Below are positions 17,189-26,209 of a stretch of DNA of 32,000 bases, piece after piece (the first letter of the stretch is position 1; each line of letters begins with the position of its first letter). Source of the stretch: Cylindrospermopsis raciborskii Cr2010 (GTDB lineage: Bacteria > Cyanobacteriota > Cyanobacteriia > Cyanobacteriales > Nostocaceae). A program made the translations under genes and the position numbers. Under the pieces are notes generated by a model. It did no database searches and was not told the DNA's origin. It saw nothing but the letters and a program-made list of their open reading frames with translations. The stretch lies in NCBI RefSeq assembly GCF_003367075.2, contig NZ_CP065936.1, positions 1 to 32,000 of the forward strand, in the 5' to 3' direction.

Positions 17189-17535
17189 TTATGACGTAGA
17201 CCCAACTTTTCTAAGGCTCGATGCATGGTTGTGATACTAACACTAGTGCCCGTCGTTTCTCTCAGGCGATCGCACAATTCTGAAAGTAGTAAATCATTTT
17301 TCTCATCCAGCCAAGACTTGATCATGTTTAAATATTGGCCTGCAATTACAGGCTTTTCATATCCTCCACATTGCTTTGGCTCAACTTGCCCAGTTTCACG
17401 ATAACGACGTACTAAATTTCTCACAAATGATAAGCTGACCTTGAATCTTTCTGCCAACTGGCGTTGAGATCCCTCTTGAGCAACCCATGCTACAATCACG
17501 CGATTACGCAAATCTATTGAATAAGGTTTTGGCAT
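17176..17535 (-). CDS. IS630 transposase OrfA (HTH DNA-binding part)
   Basis: The 119-aa ORF begins MPKPYSIDLRNRVIVAWVAQEGSQRQLAERFKVSLSFVRNLVRRYRETGQ, a typical IS630/Tc1-mariner N-terminal paired HTH. It ends ...GLRHKKKV* within an A9 run. Confidence 0.85.
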   Translation of the reverse strand: MPKPYSIDLRNRVIVAWVAQEGSQRQLAERFKVSLSFVRNLVRRYRETGQVEPKQCGGYEKPVIAGQYLNMIKSWLDEKNDLLLSELCDRLRETTGTSVSITTMHRALEKLGLRHKKKV

Positions 17536-17596
17536 ATAATTTGACAGTACTTCTACTCTATTTTAGTTTATTACCCTTATTATAGCTTATCTTATT

Positions 17597-17624
17597 TTGT
17601 AGTTTAACTACATGAAAATTGCTG
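17597..17624. repeat. IS630 terminal inverted repeat (transposase-proximal end)
   Basis: This is the partner of 16577-16604. It supplies the artificial MKIAV start of track ORF 17612-17812. Confidence 0.8.
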
Positions 17625-17626
17625 TA

Positions 17627-17812
17627 GTCAATAGAACTATATTACGTCTTCCTATCTATATTGGCAAAGCTGTACCAAAACGAATTCAGACGTTTCCTGA
17701 TAATTATAGATTTATTGGTTGCTGGACAGAATCTATGAGACAAATTGGAAATGCAGTACCTGTGGAGTTGGGTTATTTTTTGGCTAGTTCTCTATCAAGA
17801 GCTTTATGTTGA
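17627..17812 (+). pseudogene. R-M relic, right part: end of the endonuclease GIY-YIG core fused in frame to the C-terminal ~42 codons of a DNA (cytosine-5) methyltransferase
   Basis: VNRTILRLPIYIGKAVPKR (17627-17683) is the YIGKA half of GIY-YIG. It is followed by IQTFPDNYRFIGCWTESMRQIGNAVPVELGYFLASSLSRALC* (17684-17812). This carries the C5-MTase C-terminal signature (..LQGFPDDYxF.G......QIGNAVPP-type motif X). Confidence 0.6.
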
Positions 17813-17830
17813 ATTTTTCTTCTCTCTATC

Positions 17831-19879
17831 CTAATCTTGACGCACCCCCCCTACTACTGGTTTCACTTCCTCCAAAGAAAAAGGATCAGCACCACCAACC
17901 CAATTAAAATCACTAACACGAATCATAAAACTACCAAGTTGTAAGGTAGGATTATATCTCAAGCTAACACCGTAGGTGCGCCGATTATACTCTATTATGT
18001 AATCTGTATTGCTTGCCTTACCTGTGTCCACATTAATAGCTGTTTGAAACCCAAAACGAAATGGACCATAAATTTGCTGTGAAATACCTGCACTAATTAC
18101 CTTATTATCTACAAAACGATCAAACAAAAAGGGTGAAGTTCCCGTGTTGAATCCCTGAGAATAACTAATGTTAAAACCTGTATAGTCGAAAAATGACCGA
18201 GAAAAATGACCCACCTGTCCCACCAATCCTACCGTCCCAATCAGACTACTTTGGTCATCCCCACTGGTGTAATAGCTAGTTGTACCCGTAACACTGGCGA
18301 TCGCACGCAAGTAAGGTACAACGGGATTAGATGTATACTTTAACCCTTGTTTAGGGGTTGCTGGTAAGGGTTTTCCCTCCCATAATAATAAACCACTGCC
18401 CAGAGATGCACTAGCTTGCAAACGTCCCAAAGACACCCGATCATTTCGTCGTTGAGGTGAAAGTAAACTAAGGCGATCTGTGTTAGAGTTAATATACTGA
18501 CCCCCTCCCTGGAAATTAAGGTTAATACCACTTTTCCCCAGGGGGATCAGGGGAGAAGAGATCAGACCGCCCACACTACTTTGTACGGTTTGAAACCCGA
18601 GAGTGCCATTATACAAGCGATCGCGGTAGCTATATTCTAAATTGAGTGTGTAAGGATTTTCTTTTCCTACTGATTGTTTTAACCTTACACTTCCCCGGGA
18701 ATGATCTTCCAACTTGTCTAAATTGAGACTAGTTAATTCTCCTGCACCTTCTATGGAGGTTCGGGGACCTAAAGTGCTATTTATTTTAGTTTTTACCCCA
18801 AATAAATCGGGCACATTACTACCATTTTCAATAGATTTCTGTACAAAGAACTGTGGTGTTACGGACCATCTAGTTGTCTCCGTATTCAGGAGGGTAAAAC
18901 TACGTTCCACGTAAAAACCACCCCTTTGACCATTATCAAAACCGGGGGCCACTATAAAAGGATATATATCCCGCTGACGACGGTCAATTTTCTGTTTATC
19001 TATGGGAATAGGTAGAACAAAATTTTGGTCAAATACTAAACGCTGATGCTGGGTGGTAACCCGATCTACTAAGGGAGACTCTTGTCTTAACTTTACCTTA
19101 GATGCTCGTAATTCCAACTCTGGAGGAGAAAAGGGATCATTAGTAATTCTCACCTCTTCAGCTTCCCAACCACGGGGATAAAAATCCACCCGTTGGGCTT
19201 CAAATCTAGCGCGATTGACTGCTCCTCCACTTCTAGTTACGGGAATATTGCTGGCATCAACCCGCCCACCCAAGTTAATATCAACACCTCCTGGGCTGGT
19301 AACTTGACTAATTGGTTGATTCGCAAGAATACGTTCACTGGGCAGATTTGACATAGCACTTGGGTTTCTTTCTCTATCAGGAGAAAAATCTAAGTCACTA
19401 CCAACCGAAGGTAGATAAATCTCACCCCTAGCATTTTCCAAATTCCCTGTATCCTGAAGAAAATTATAGGTAAAGCGTTCCCCCCGTAAGATCTGACTAC
19501 CTCTGGTGATCACCACATTACCTTCTCCAACCACAATTAAATTGTCTAAATTAACTTGTAGTCGATCAGCATTAACTATGGCTCCATCAAATTTAACTGT
19601 GACCTTTCCCAAGGCTGTTACAATTCTTCTGTTGGTGTCATATTCTTGCTTGTCCGACAGCACTTCCACTATCCTAGGTTGAACCTGTGAACCAGTTGCA
19701 GAGGGTTGAGCTGAAGTGGTAAATTCTAGTTTGGGAGGGGCGATCGCTTGATTATTAACTGGACGGGAATAGAACTGAAGAGTATTGCCTGTTTTATTTT
19801 TTACTGAATAGTAATTAGATTGAAGTTGTATGTGTTCACAAGCAGTAGGTAAATTAGGTGGCAAAGCTGGATGGAGCAT
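17831..19879 (-). CDS. LptD/OstA-like outer-membrane protein (OstA-like N-domain plus large beta-rich C-terminal region, DUF3769-type)
   Basis: The 682-aa ORF has an OstA/LptA-like N-domain pattern (KVTVKFDGAIVNADRLQVNLDNLIVVGEGNVVITRGSQILRGERFTYNF). The C-terminal ~450 aa has alternating beta-strand-like composition rich in G/S/T/Y/F/N. I see no classical signal peptide at the annotated start, and an in-frame TAA lies 5 codons upstream. Confidence 0.55.
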   Translation of the reverse strand: MLHPALPPNLPTACEHIQLQSNYYSVKNKTGNTLQFYSRPVNNQAIAPPKLEFTTSAQPSATGSQVQPRIVEVLSDKQEYDTNRRIVTALGKVTVKFDGAIVNADRLQVNLDNLIVVGEGNVVITRGSQILRGERFTYNFLQDTGNLENARGEIYLPSVGSDLDFSPDRERNPSAMSNLPSERILANQPISQVTSPGGVDINLGGRVDASNIPVTRSGGAVNRARFEAQRVDFYPRGWEAEEVRITNDPFSPPELELRASKVKLRQESPLVDRVTTQHQRLVFDQNFVLPIPIDKQKIDRRQRDIYPFIVAPGFDNGQRGGFYVERSFTLLNTETTRWSVTPQFFVQKSIENGSNVPDLFGVKTKINSTLGPRTSIEGAGELTSLNLDKLEDHSRGSVRLKQSVGKENPYTLNLEYSYRDRLYNGTLGFQTVQSSVGGLISSPLIPLGKSGINLNFQGGGQYINSNTDRLSLLSPQRRNDRVSLGRLQASASLGSGLLLWEGKPLPATPKQGLKYTSNPVVPYLRAIASVTGTTSYYTSGDDQSSLIGTVGLVGQVGHFSRSFFDYTGFNISYSQGFNTGTSPFLFDRFVDNKVISAGISQQIYGPFRFGFQTAINVDTGKASNTDYIIEYNRRTYGVSLRYNPTLQLGSFMIRVSDFNWVGGADPFSLEEVKPVVGGVRQD

Positions 19880-20020
19880 GTCTGAGCAAGATTAAGCTAA
19901 AAAGTGTTTTTTCCCTTATACGTAAAAGTACAAGGGATGTTTGTCTTTTGATGAGACCTGTTTAGAATGATGTAAACTGGCTAGTCTCTTATATCTTCCA
20001 GCAGTTGCAGATGAGTCTGT

Positions 20021-20137
20021 TTATTCTAAATCGCGACGACCAGGGTTACGAGCGGGGTCATTGGATAGAAATCCAAAGACAAAAATTCCCACAAAGAACG
20101 CAACCACAATATAAACGACGATTTTTAGAGTCACCAT
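20021..20137 (-). CDS. psbI: Photosystem II reaction centre protein I
   Basis: The reverse complement reads [38 protein letters not shown] (38 aa). This matches the conserved PsbI pattern (..LK..VY.VV.FF...F.FGFLS.DP.RNPGR...). GGGAGA lies ~9 nt upstream of the ATG. The ORF is below the 60-aa cutoff of the track. Confidence 0.9.
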   Translation of the reverse strand: MVTLKIVVYIVVAFFVGIFVFGFLSNDPARNPGRRDLE

Positions 20138-20353
20138 AAAATTATCTCCCAAGGGTAAGAAAAAAAGTTATTAGCAATCCACTCCGCAGAAAAGATAGCA
20201 TTACTATCTTACCTACATTAGACCAATTTTTTGGAGATGGAAGCTGAAACTTATTGATATTCTTGCCACGGTTAAACTAGGGTTAGTTTTTACATATTAC
20301 AGTAAGTATAGCCATAACTATTATTTTTTATAAACGTTATAGCTAAACTTGTA

Positions 20354-21028
20354 TTATAAACGGCTTTTTACTACTTTTGCTGGAACACCTAAAGCTACAG
20401 AATAGGGAGGAATATCTTTAGTTACAACTGCTCCCGCACCAATTACACTTCCCTTACCAATAGTAACCCCATCCAGTACGGTTACTCCGTGTCCCAGCCA
20501 ACAATCATCTTCAATCACAATCCCCTGACAACTGATACCTTGCTTTTTGATAGGTAATGAACGTTCTGCAAAATTATGATTGTTAGCAAAAATACCACAT
20601 TGGGCTGCTATCATACATTCCCTACCAATTTTTATATTTCCAGGCCCAGCAATAAGAACATTGGGTGCTATGAAAGTATCCTGGTCAATATGTATTTGGG
20701 TATTTTCCATACAACCTATATCCACATTACGCTCTATTGCCACTCCATTACCGAGAAAAATCCTGTTTTTTGGATGTCCATGGGCATCCAAACGTACATT
20801 TTTAAAAATATGTACCCCATGACCAATTTCAATAGCTGGGGTGGCAATAAATTCTACACCATGCTGAATATAAACCTTTTTCCCCATTGCTGCAAATAAA
20901 TGGCGATATAATAGCCTCCTGAGTTGTGGTCCAAGAAAAATTGTTGGCATATCACCCAGAAAAGTAATTGCCAATAGTTCTGTTAGTCGCTGTAATTTTG
21001 CTGAATATTTTTGGCTACTCATGGTCAT
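20354..21028 (-). CDS. Left-handed beta-helix (hexapeptide-repeat) O-acyl/acetyltransferase
   Basis: The 224-aa ORF has hexapeptide repeats and the typical C-terminus: IEDDCWLGHGVTVLDGVTIGKGSVIGAGAVVTKDIPPYSVALGVPAKVV. Confidence 0.8.
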   Translation of the reverse strand: MTMSSQKYSAKLQRLTELLAITFLGDMPTIFLGPQLRRLLYRHLFAAMGKKVYIQHGVEFIATPAIEIGHGVHIFKNVRLDAHGHPKNRIFLGNGVAIERNVDIGCMENTQIHIDQDTFIAPNVLIAGPGNIKIGRECMIAAQCGIFANNHNFAERSLPIKKQGISCQGIVIEDDCWLGHGVTVLDGVTIGKGSVIGAGAVVTKDIPPYSVALGVPAKVVKSRL

Positions 21029-22102
21029 ATATTGCTCCCATTATCTTACCCAAATTTCCAATTTTATGTTTCGAACAATGGTAGTTAACTGCACTAAGTA
21101 ACTTTTATCTCAAGGCGTATTCTTTTGAGTATTGATCTACAGAATATTGATCCTAAAACCACATTTATTCAATGACTCAAGTTTATGGCAAATATACCAG
21201 TGATTACCAAAGTCTGACATTAATCACCTTGCCAACTAATTGAGTTAAGATAAAATACGGATCTTAGCTATGAATGTAATGACAATAATAATTTACGGAG
21301 GTCACTAGGAACTAAGACAAGACCAGGCATAACACTTTCAATTATGCTCTAATTTTTATCTTTATCAATTCCGACTGATTACCGCTAAATTACGAGATTA
21401 TCGAGATTATATTTTTTATAAAACTTCAGGGTGGAGTGTCACCTACTTCGGCCATGATGTTAAACTTGACCATTGGTGCAAACAGGTAAGCACTTCCTCG
21501 ACAGCTATGTCGTATGTCCGGTAACAAATTCGTAGTGTATACTGCTCTAGTCATGCTGCACACAATCATCTATAGGCTAAAAGAACTGCTCCTGAACTAA
21601 ATATTCTAGAAGTGGAACCTAGACCCCATCATAACACAATTTTTTTGGTTGGACAAGTACTCGACAAAAATCCGTTAATTTACTTAAAGATTGTATCTGT
21701 AATCTTTATTGCTTAACTTTCTATACTTTTGCATGAGTTTAAATATAAAATAATATCATAGAAATGATTGGTCAAAAAGTCCCTTTTCTAAAAGGTGGGA
21801 AATATCAAAACGGGAGCCAAGTACTTGCATCAGCGATTCACTATGGCTATTAATACAATCCTAATGGGTTTTGTCATGTTGTTGAGAGTTGACCAAATCT
21901 AAAACAATCCTTAAATTTAGTAAAATAATCAATAGTAAAGGATAGACGAAAAAACTATTTTGGTGTAAATTAACCCAATGTGTGAGAAAACAACTCGTTA
22001 GGTAAAGTGATCAGAGGTTCACAAATCATACTCTCAAGAAGCAATATTAAGGTAAAACCAGTAAACAATTAACCATAGTTGAATTTAAATTCCTACCAGA
22101 TT

Positions 22103-24667
22103 ATGCAACCAATACGCAAATTTAATGTTTCTCCCTCACTACCTCAACTGCTAGAACCCTTGCGAAAACTGGCATACAATCTCCATTTCGATTGGAATGT
22201 GGAGACTAAAGACCTATTTCGTCGCCTAGACCCAGATCTGTGGGAATCTAGCCATCATAACCCCGTCTTAATGCTAGGTACTATCAGTCAGGGGAGATTA
22301 TTAGAAGTAGCTGAAGATGAAGGTTTCCTGGCACAAATGGACCGTGCAGCTCGTCAATTGGAAGATTATTTACAGGAGCGCAGCTGGTATCAAAAACAAC
22401 GTAATCAACCACTCAAAGAGTGCTACGCCTATTTTTCAGCAGAGTTTGGACTGGTGGATTGTTTGCCCGTCTATTCAGGAGGTTTGGGTGTTTTGGCTGG
22501 GGATCACTTAAAATCTGCCAGTGATTTGGGATTACCCTTGGTTGGTGTGGGCTTACTTTACCAACAAGGGTATTTCGCCCAATATCTCAATGCTGATGGT
22601 TGGCAACAGGAGCGTTACCCCATCAATGATTTTTATAATATGCCTTTGCATTTGGAACGTAATCCTGATGGTTCTGAGTTAAGAATCGCTGTGGAATATC
22701 CAGGACGCAAGGTATATGCTCGAGTGTGGCGAGTCCAGGTGGGAACAGTCCCTCTCTATATGTTGGACACGAATATTCAACCCAACAAGGCTTATGACCA
22801 CGATATCACCGACCAGTTATATGGTGGTGATGTTGATATGCGTATTCATCAGGAAATGATGCTGGGGATCGGTGGCGTGCAAATGTTGAAGGCGCTGGGT
22901 TATAACGTCACCGCCTATCACATGAACGAGGGTCATGCTGCTTTCTCCGCTTTGGAAAGAATTCGTATCCTCATCCAAGAGGAAGGTCTCAGTTATGCCC
23001 AAGCTAAACAGGTGGTAGCCTCTAGTAATATTTTTACTACCCACACTCCCGTACCAGCAGGAATTGACTTGTTTGCACCTGATAAAATTTTACACTATCT
23101 GGGTTACTACGCTGATATTTTTGGTTTGCCTAAAGAGCAGTTTTTGGGACTGGGTAGAGAAAACACTGGTGATTTGTCAGGTCCCTTTAGTATGGCAGTT
23201 TTGGCCCTGAAAATGGCAACATTTTCTAATGGGGTGGCTCAGTTACATGGTGTGGTCTCCCGGCAAATGTTTCAGGGTTTATGGCAAAAAGTCCCTGTAG
23301 ACGAAGTACCAATTACATCTATCACTAATGGAGTTCATGCCCGTAGTTGTGTGGCTAAGTCAACTCAGGAGTTATATGACCGCTACCTGGGACCTAATTG
23401 GTCATCAGCTCCCCCAGATAATCAAATCTGGGAACGGATGGATTCTATTCCTGATGAAGAACTATGGCGCAACCATGAGCGATGTCGTCTGGATATGATA
23501 TTGTATGTGCGGGAACATTTGGTGAAACATTTACGAGATCGGGGAGCATCAGCTTCAGAAATAGCCCAAGCACAAGAGGTTCTTGACCCCAATGTTTTAA
23601 CTATTGGTTTTGCTCGTCGTTTTGCTACCTATAAACGTGCAACCTTATGGATGCGTGATATAGATAGGATTAAGCACATACTGTTAGCTAACAAACACCG
23701 AAAAGTACAGTTTGTGATTGCGGGTAAGGCACACCCTAAAGATATTCCAGGGAAAGAGCTGATTCAGGATATTAATCACTTTATTCGTGAACAGCATCTG
23801 GAAAAGCAGGTAGTGTTTGTGCCTAATTACGACATTCACATTGCTAGGCTGATGGTAGCTGGTTGTGATGTGTGGTTAAATACGCCCCGCCGTCCTCGGG
23901 AAGCATCCGGTACTAGTGGAATGAAAGCAGCTATGAACGGACTGCCTAATCTCAGTGTGTTAGATGGGTGGTGGGATGAAGCTGATTATGTTCGTACTGG
24001 TTGGGCAATAGGTCATGGAGAAAATTATGAAGATCCTAATTATCAAGACCAAATAGAAGCTAATGCTCTCTATGAGTTGCTGGAAAAAGAGGTTGTCCCC
24101 CTATTCTATGACCACCGAGATGAAGATGGCCTACCCAGACCATGGGTGGCAAAGATGAAGGATGCAATTCGATTGAATTGTCCCTTGTTTAATACAGCAC
24201 GTATGGTCAGAGAATACGCTGTTAGAGCCTACTTCCCAGCCAGCGATCGCCATCATACCTTAACATCAGATCACTATGCACCAGCCAAGGAATTAGCTCA
24301 CTGGAAATCTATATTGAGCGAACATTGGTTCAATATCAGAATTAAGGACATTGATGTATCCACAGGGACAGAAATTGGGGTGAATCAAAAGGTGGGAGTA
24401 ACCGCCAAAGTTGATCTAGCCACTTTAACTAGCCAGGATGTGCGGGTAGAGCTATATCAAGGAGCCATTGATGCTAATGGTGACATTGTCAATGCTATTC
24501 CTGTGGAAATGAGTTATCATGGGCAAGATGATGGGGGTTTAAGTATTTATACTGCCGATATTACCTATACCAGTTCTGGTTTACAGGGTTTATCTTTGCG
24601 GGTTTTGCCCCATAACCAATACCTTTCTAGTCCATACGAACCTAGGTTAATCGCCTGGGCGGAGTGA
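22103..24667 (+). CDS. glgP: Alpha-glucan (glycogen/maltodextrin) phosphorylase, GT35, DUF3417-type N-terminus
   Basis: The N-terminus is LAYNLHFDWNVETKDLFRRLDPDLWESSHHNPV. The body shows YFSAEFGL...LPVYSGGLGVLAGDHLKSASDLGLP and the PLP-lysine region EASGTSGMKAAMNG. The track start at 22079 is TTG; the first ATG (MQPIRKF) is at 22103. Confidence 0.9.
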   Translation: MQPIRKFNVSPSLPQLLEPLRKLAYNLHFDWNVETKDLFRRLDPDLWESSHHNPVLMLGTISQGRLLEVAEDEGFLAQMDRAARQLEDYLQERSWYQKQRNQPLKECYAYFSAEFGLVDCLPVYSGGLGVLAGDHLKSASDLGLPLVGVGLLYQQGYFAQYLNADGWQQERYPINDFYNMPLHLERNPDGSELRIAVEYPGRKVYARVWRVQVGTVPLYMLDTNIQPNKAYDHDITDQLYGGDVDMRIHQEMMLGIGGVQMLKALGYNVTAYHMNEGHAAFSALERIRILIQEEGLSYAQAKQVVASSNIFTTHTPVPAGIDLFAPDKILHYLGYYADIFGLPKEQFLGLGRENTGDLSGPFSMAVLALKMATFSNGVAQLHGVVSRQMFQGLWQKVPVDEVPITSITNGVHARSCVAKSTQELYDRYLGPNWSSAPPDNQIWERMDSIPDEELWRNHERCRLDMILYVREHLVKHLRDRGASASEIAQAQEVLDPNVLTIGFARRFATYKRATLWMRDIDRIKHILLANKHRKVQFVIAGKAHPKDIPGKELIQDINHFIREQHLEKQVVFVPNYDIHIARLMVAGCDVWLNTPRRPREASGTSGMKAAMNGLPNLSVLDGWWDEADYVRTGWAIGHGENYEDPNYQDQIEANALYELLEKEVVPLFYDHRDEDGLPRPWVAKMKDAIRLNCPLFNTARMVREYAVRAYFPASDRHHTLTSDHYAPAKELAHWKSILSEHWFNIRIKDIDVSTGTEIGVNQKVGVTAKVDLATLTSQDVRVELYQGAIDANGDIVNAIPVEMSYHGQDDGGLSIYTADITYTSSGLQGLSLRVLPHNQYLSSPYEPRLIAWAE

Positions 24668-24671
24668 GCTA

Positions 24672-26123
24672 TTATTCAACCTTTTTTCCTTGAATCTTGG
24701 ACAAAAGCTCTTCTTTAATCCGATTCAAAATAGAGGTCTCATCCAAGTTAGATAATATGTTGGTTACTACTGCTTTGGGACCTTCTGGACCCCAGGTGGC
24801 CCCATTAGCTAGGTAGGCTTTAGTCACTTGCCCAATTCCGTAAGATGATACGCCTGCTACTCCTGCTTGAGTAATCGCTACGGATAGATAAGGTCCTAAA
24901 GTTATTCCAGCTGTGGCAGTTGCGGACAAACCTAATATGGTTTTCAGCCCACTTAAACCTAGGTTTGCCAGCAACTCGCTCACTCCAATTCCACCCATGC
25001 TCAAGGCGATTTTTTGTAGCAGTTTCACAGCGCCACTTTGGGTCATTTCAATGCCATAGAGCTTGGATAGACCTAAAATTATGGCTATGTCAATAGCTAT
25101 ACTACTGACAATATCAACTACAGTAACAGGATTGAGGGCGATCGCCAAAGCCTTAATCATTACCGCTTTCCAAATCAACTGATTAGCACTTTCTTCTCTA
25201 ATGATTAACTTCCGCTTTACTATTTGTTCACTTACAGTATCAGCGTAGAGCATAGTGTTTAAAGCTACTAATGCTTTTCCTTCTCGTTGCAAGATCTCCA
25301 GAATTTTCAGCTTTAATTCTTCTACTTGGGCCTTCCCTGCTTCTAATCGTATAGTCCTAGCTCCATCAGCTTGAACTAGGGCAGTCTTAACTAGAGGTGA
25401 AGCAGCACACATGACTATTTCCTGGGGTGAAACTAATTCTTTAACCCTGTCATCCCGGATTTTTTCATAAATTGCTAGGCGGTCAGTTATGGGATACTGG
25501 TCAATTTTATTGAAAACTAAAATAATTGGTTTACCTACTGTTCTTAACTGGGAGAGAGCTACCTGTTCAATCTTAGTCATATCGCCAGCAATAACAAATA
25601 AAATTAAATCTGCTTGTTTTGCTACCTTTTGTGCCAAAGCAGCACGAGTTTCTCCATCAACTTCATCTAATCCTGGCGTATCTACTAAAACTACTTGGGA
25701 TTGATCTGGGGAGAGAAAAGTAGCTTTGAACGTACCCATAGCTTCTTGGGAGATAGTCCAGTTAACTTTTTGTTCCGCACGGGTAACCCCATGTAAAGGC
25801 CCAGTTTCAAATATTGGCTGACCGACCAAAGCATTTAGAAGAGAAGACTTGCCTCTTCCTACCATGCCAAAGGCTGCTATTTGTACTACCATGTCTTCTA
25901 ATTTTCCCAACATGGTTTCTAAATCCGCTATTTCACTTTCTAATCCAGACAGTTCCTGAGAGGTCAGGTCAAGACTGGTCACTAAAGTTTTCAAAGCTGT
26001 TTTAGCTTGTCCATAGTTCAGTTCCGCTTGAATATTTCCAAAACTGAAAATCGCCTCATCCAGTTCTGCATCAGAAGAGTTATTGTTTTCGGGTTGGGGT
26101 AATTTAGATGTGATATTTGTCAT
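24672..26123 (-). CDS. GTPase with C-terminal DUF697-like membrane domain (paralogue of 14844-16358)
   Basis: The GTPase motifs are G1 GMVGRGKSS, G3 DTPGLDE and G4 NKID. The C-terminus is a hydrophobic glycine-rich domain (NPVTVVDIVSSIAIDIAIILGLSKLYG...). It is convergent with glgP, with only 4 nt between the stop codons. Confidence 0.75.
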   Translation of the reverse strand: MTNITSKLPQPENNNSSDAELDEAIFSFGNIQAELNYGQAKTALKTLVTSLDLTSQELSGLESEIADLETMLGKLEDMVVQIAAFGMVGRGKSSLLNALVGQPIFETGPLHGVTRAEQKVNWTISQEAMGTFKATFLSPDQSQVVLVDTPGLDEVDGETRAALAQKVAKQADLILFVIAGDMTKIEQVALSQLRTVGKPIILVFNKIDQYPITDRLAIYEKIRDDRVKELVSPQEIVMCAASPLVKTALVQADGARTIRLEAGKAQVEELKLKILEILQREGKALVALNTMLYADTVSEQIVKRKLIIREESANQLIWKAVMIKALAIALNPVTVVDIVSSIAIDIAIILGLSKLYGIEMTQSGAVKLLQKIALSMGGIGVSELLANLGLSGLKTILGLSATATAGITLGPYLSVAITQAGVAGVSSYGIGQVTKAYLANGATWGPEGPKAVVTNILSNLDETSILNRIKEELLSKIQGKKVE

Positions 26124-26209
26124 ATTATTTATTTTTGCTCCAAGGGGTCACAAAAAGTAGTAGAGTTAGGAGTTGATCTGGTAGCGTTAGCATCTTAATA
26201 AAATCACCT

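Larger units (their letters stand above)
16577..17624 (-). mobile_element. IS630-family insertion sequence (1048 bp) flanked by a TA target-site duplication
   Basis: The terminal inverted repeats match 26/30 when the flanking TA is included. TA is at 16575-16576 and 17625-17626. The two-ORF DDE transposase lies on the minus strand, with its stop codon inside the IR. Removing the element plus one TA restores one continuous ORF. Confidence 0.85.

Noticed and set aside
16388-17812. Testing for avoidance of the Eco29kI site CCGCGG as evidence that the R-M system was once active
   Set aside because: I checked every CGCG I could spot by eye and found no CCGCGG. At this base composition only about one site is expected in 32 kb, so the absence is uninformative.
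21393-21410. Tandem duplication CGAGATTAT x2 in the long intergenic region
   Set aside because: There are only two 9-bp units. This fits slippage in AT-rich DNA and is not a repeat array or CRISPR.
22079-22102. TTG start for glgP as given in the ORF track
   Set aside because: The first ATG, eight codons downstream (MQPIRKF), gives a more conventional start. The extra MNLNSYQI has no support.
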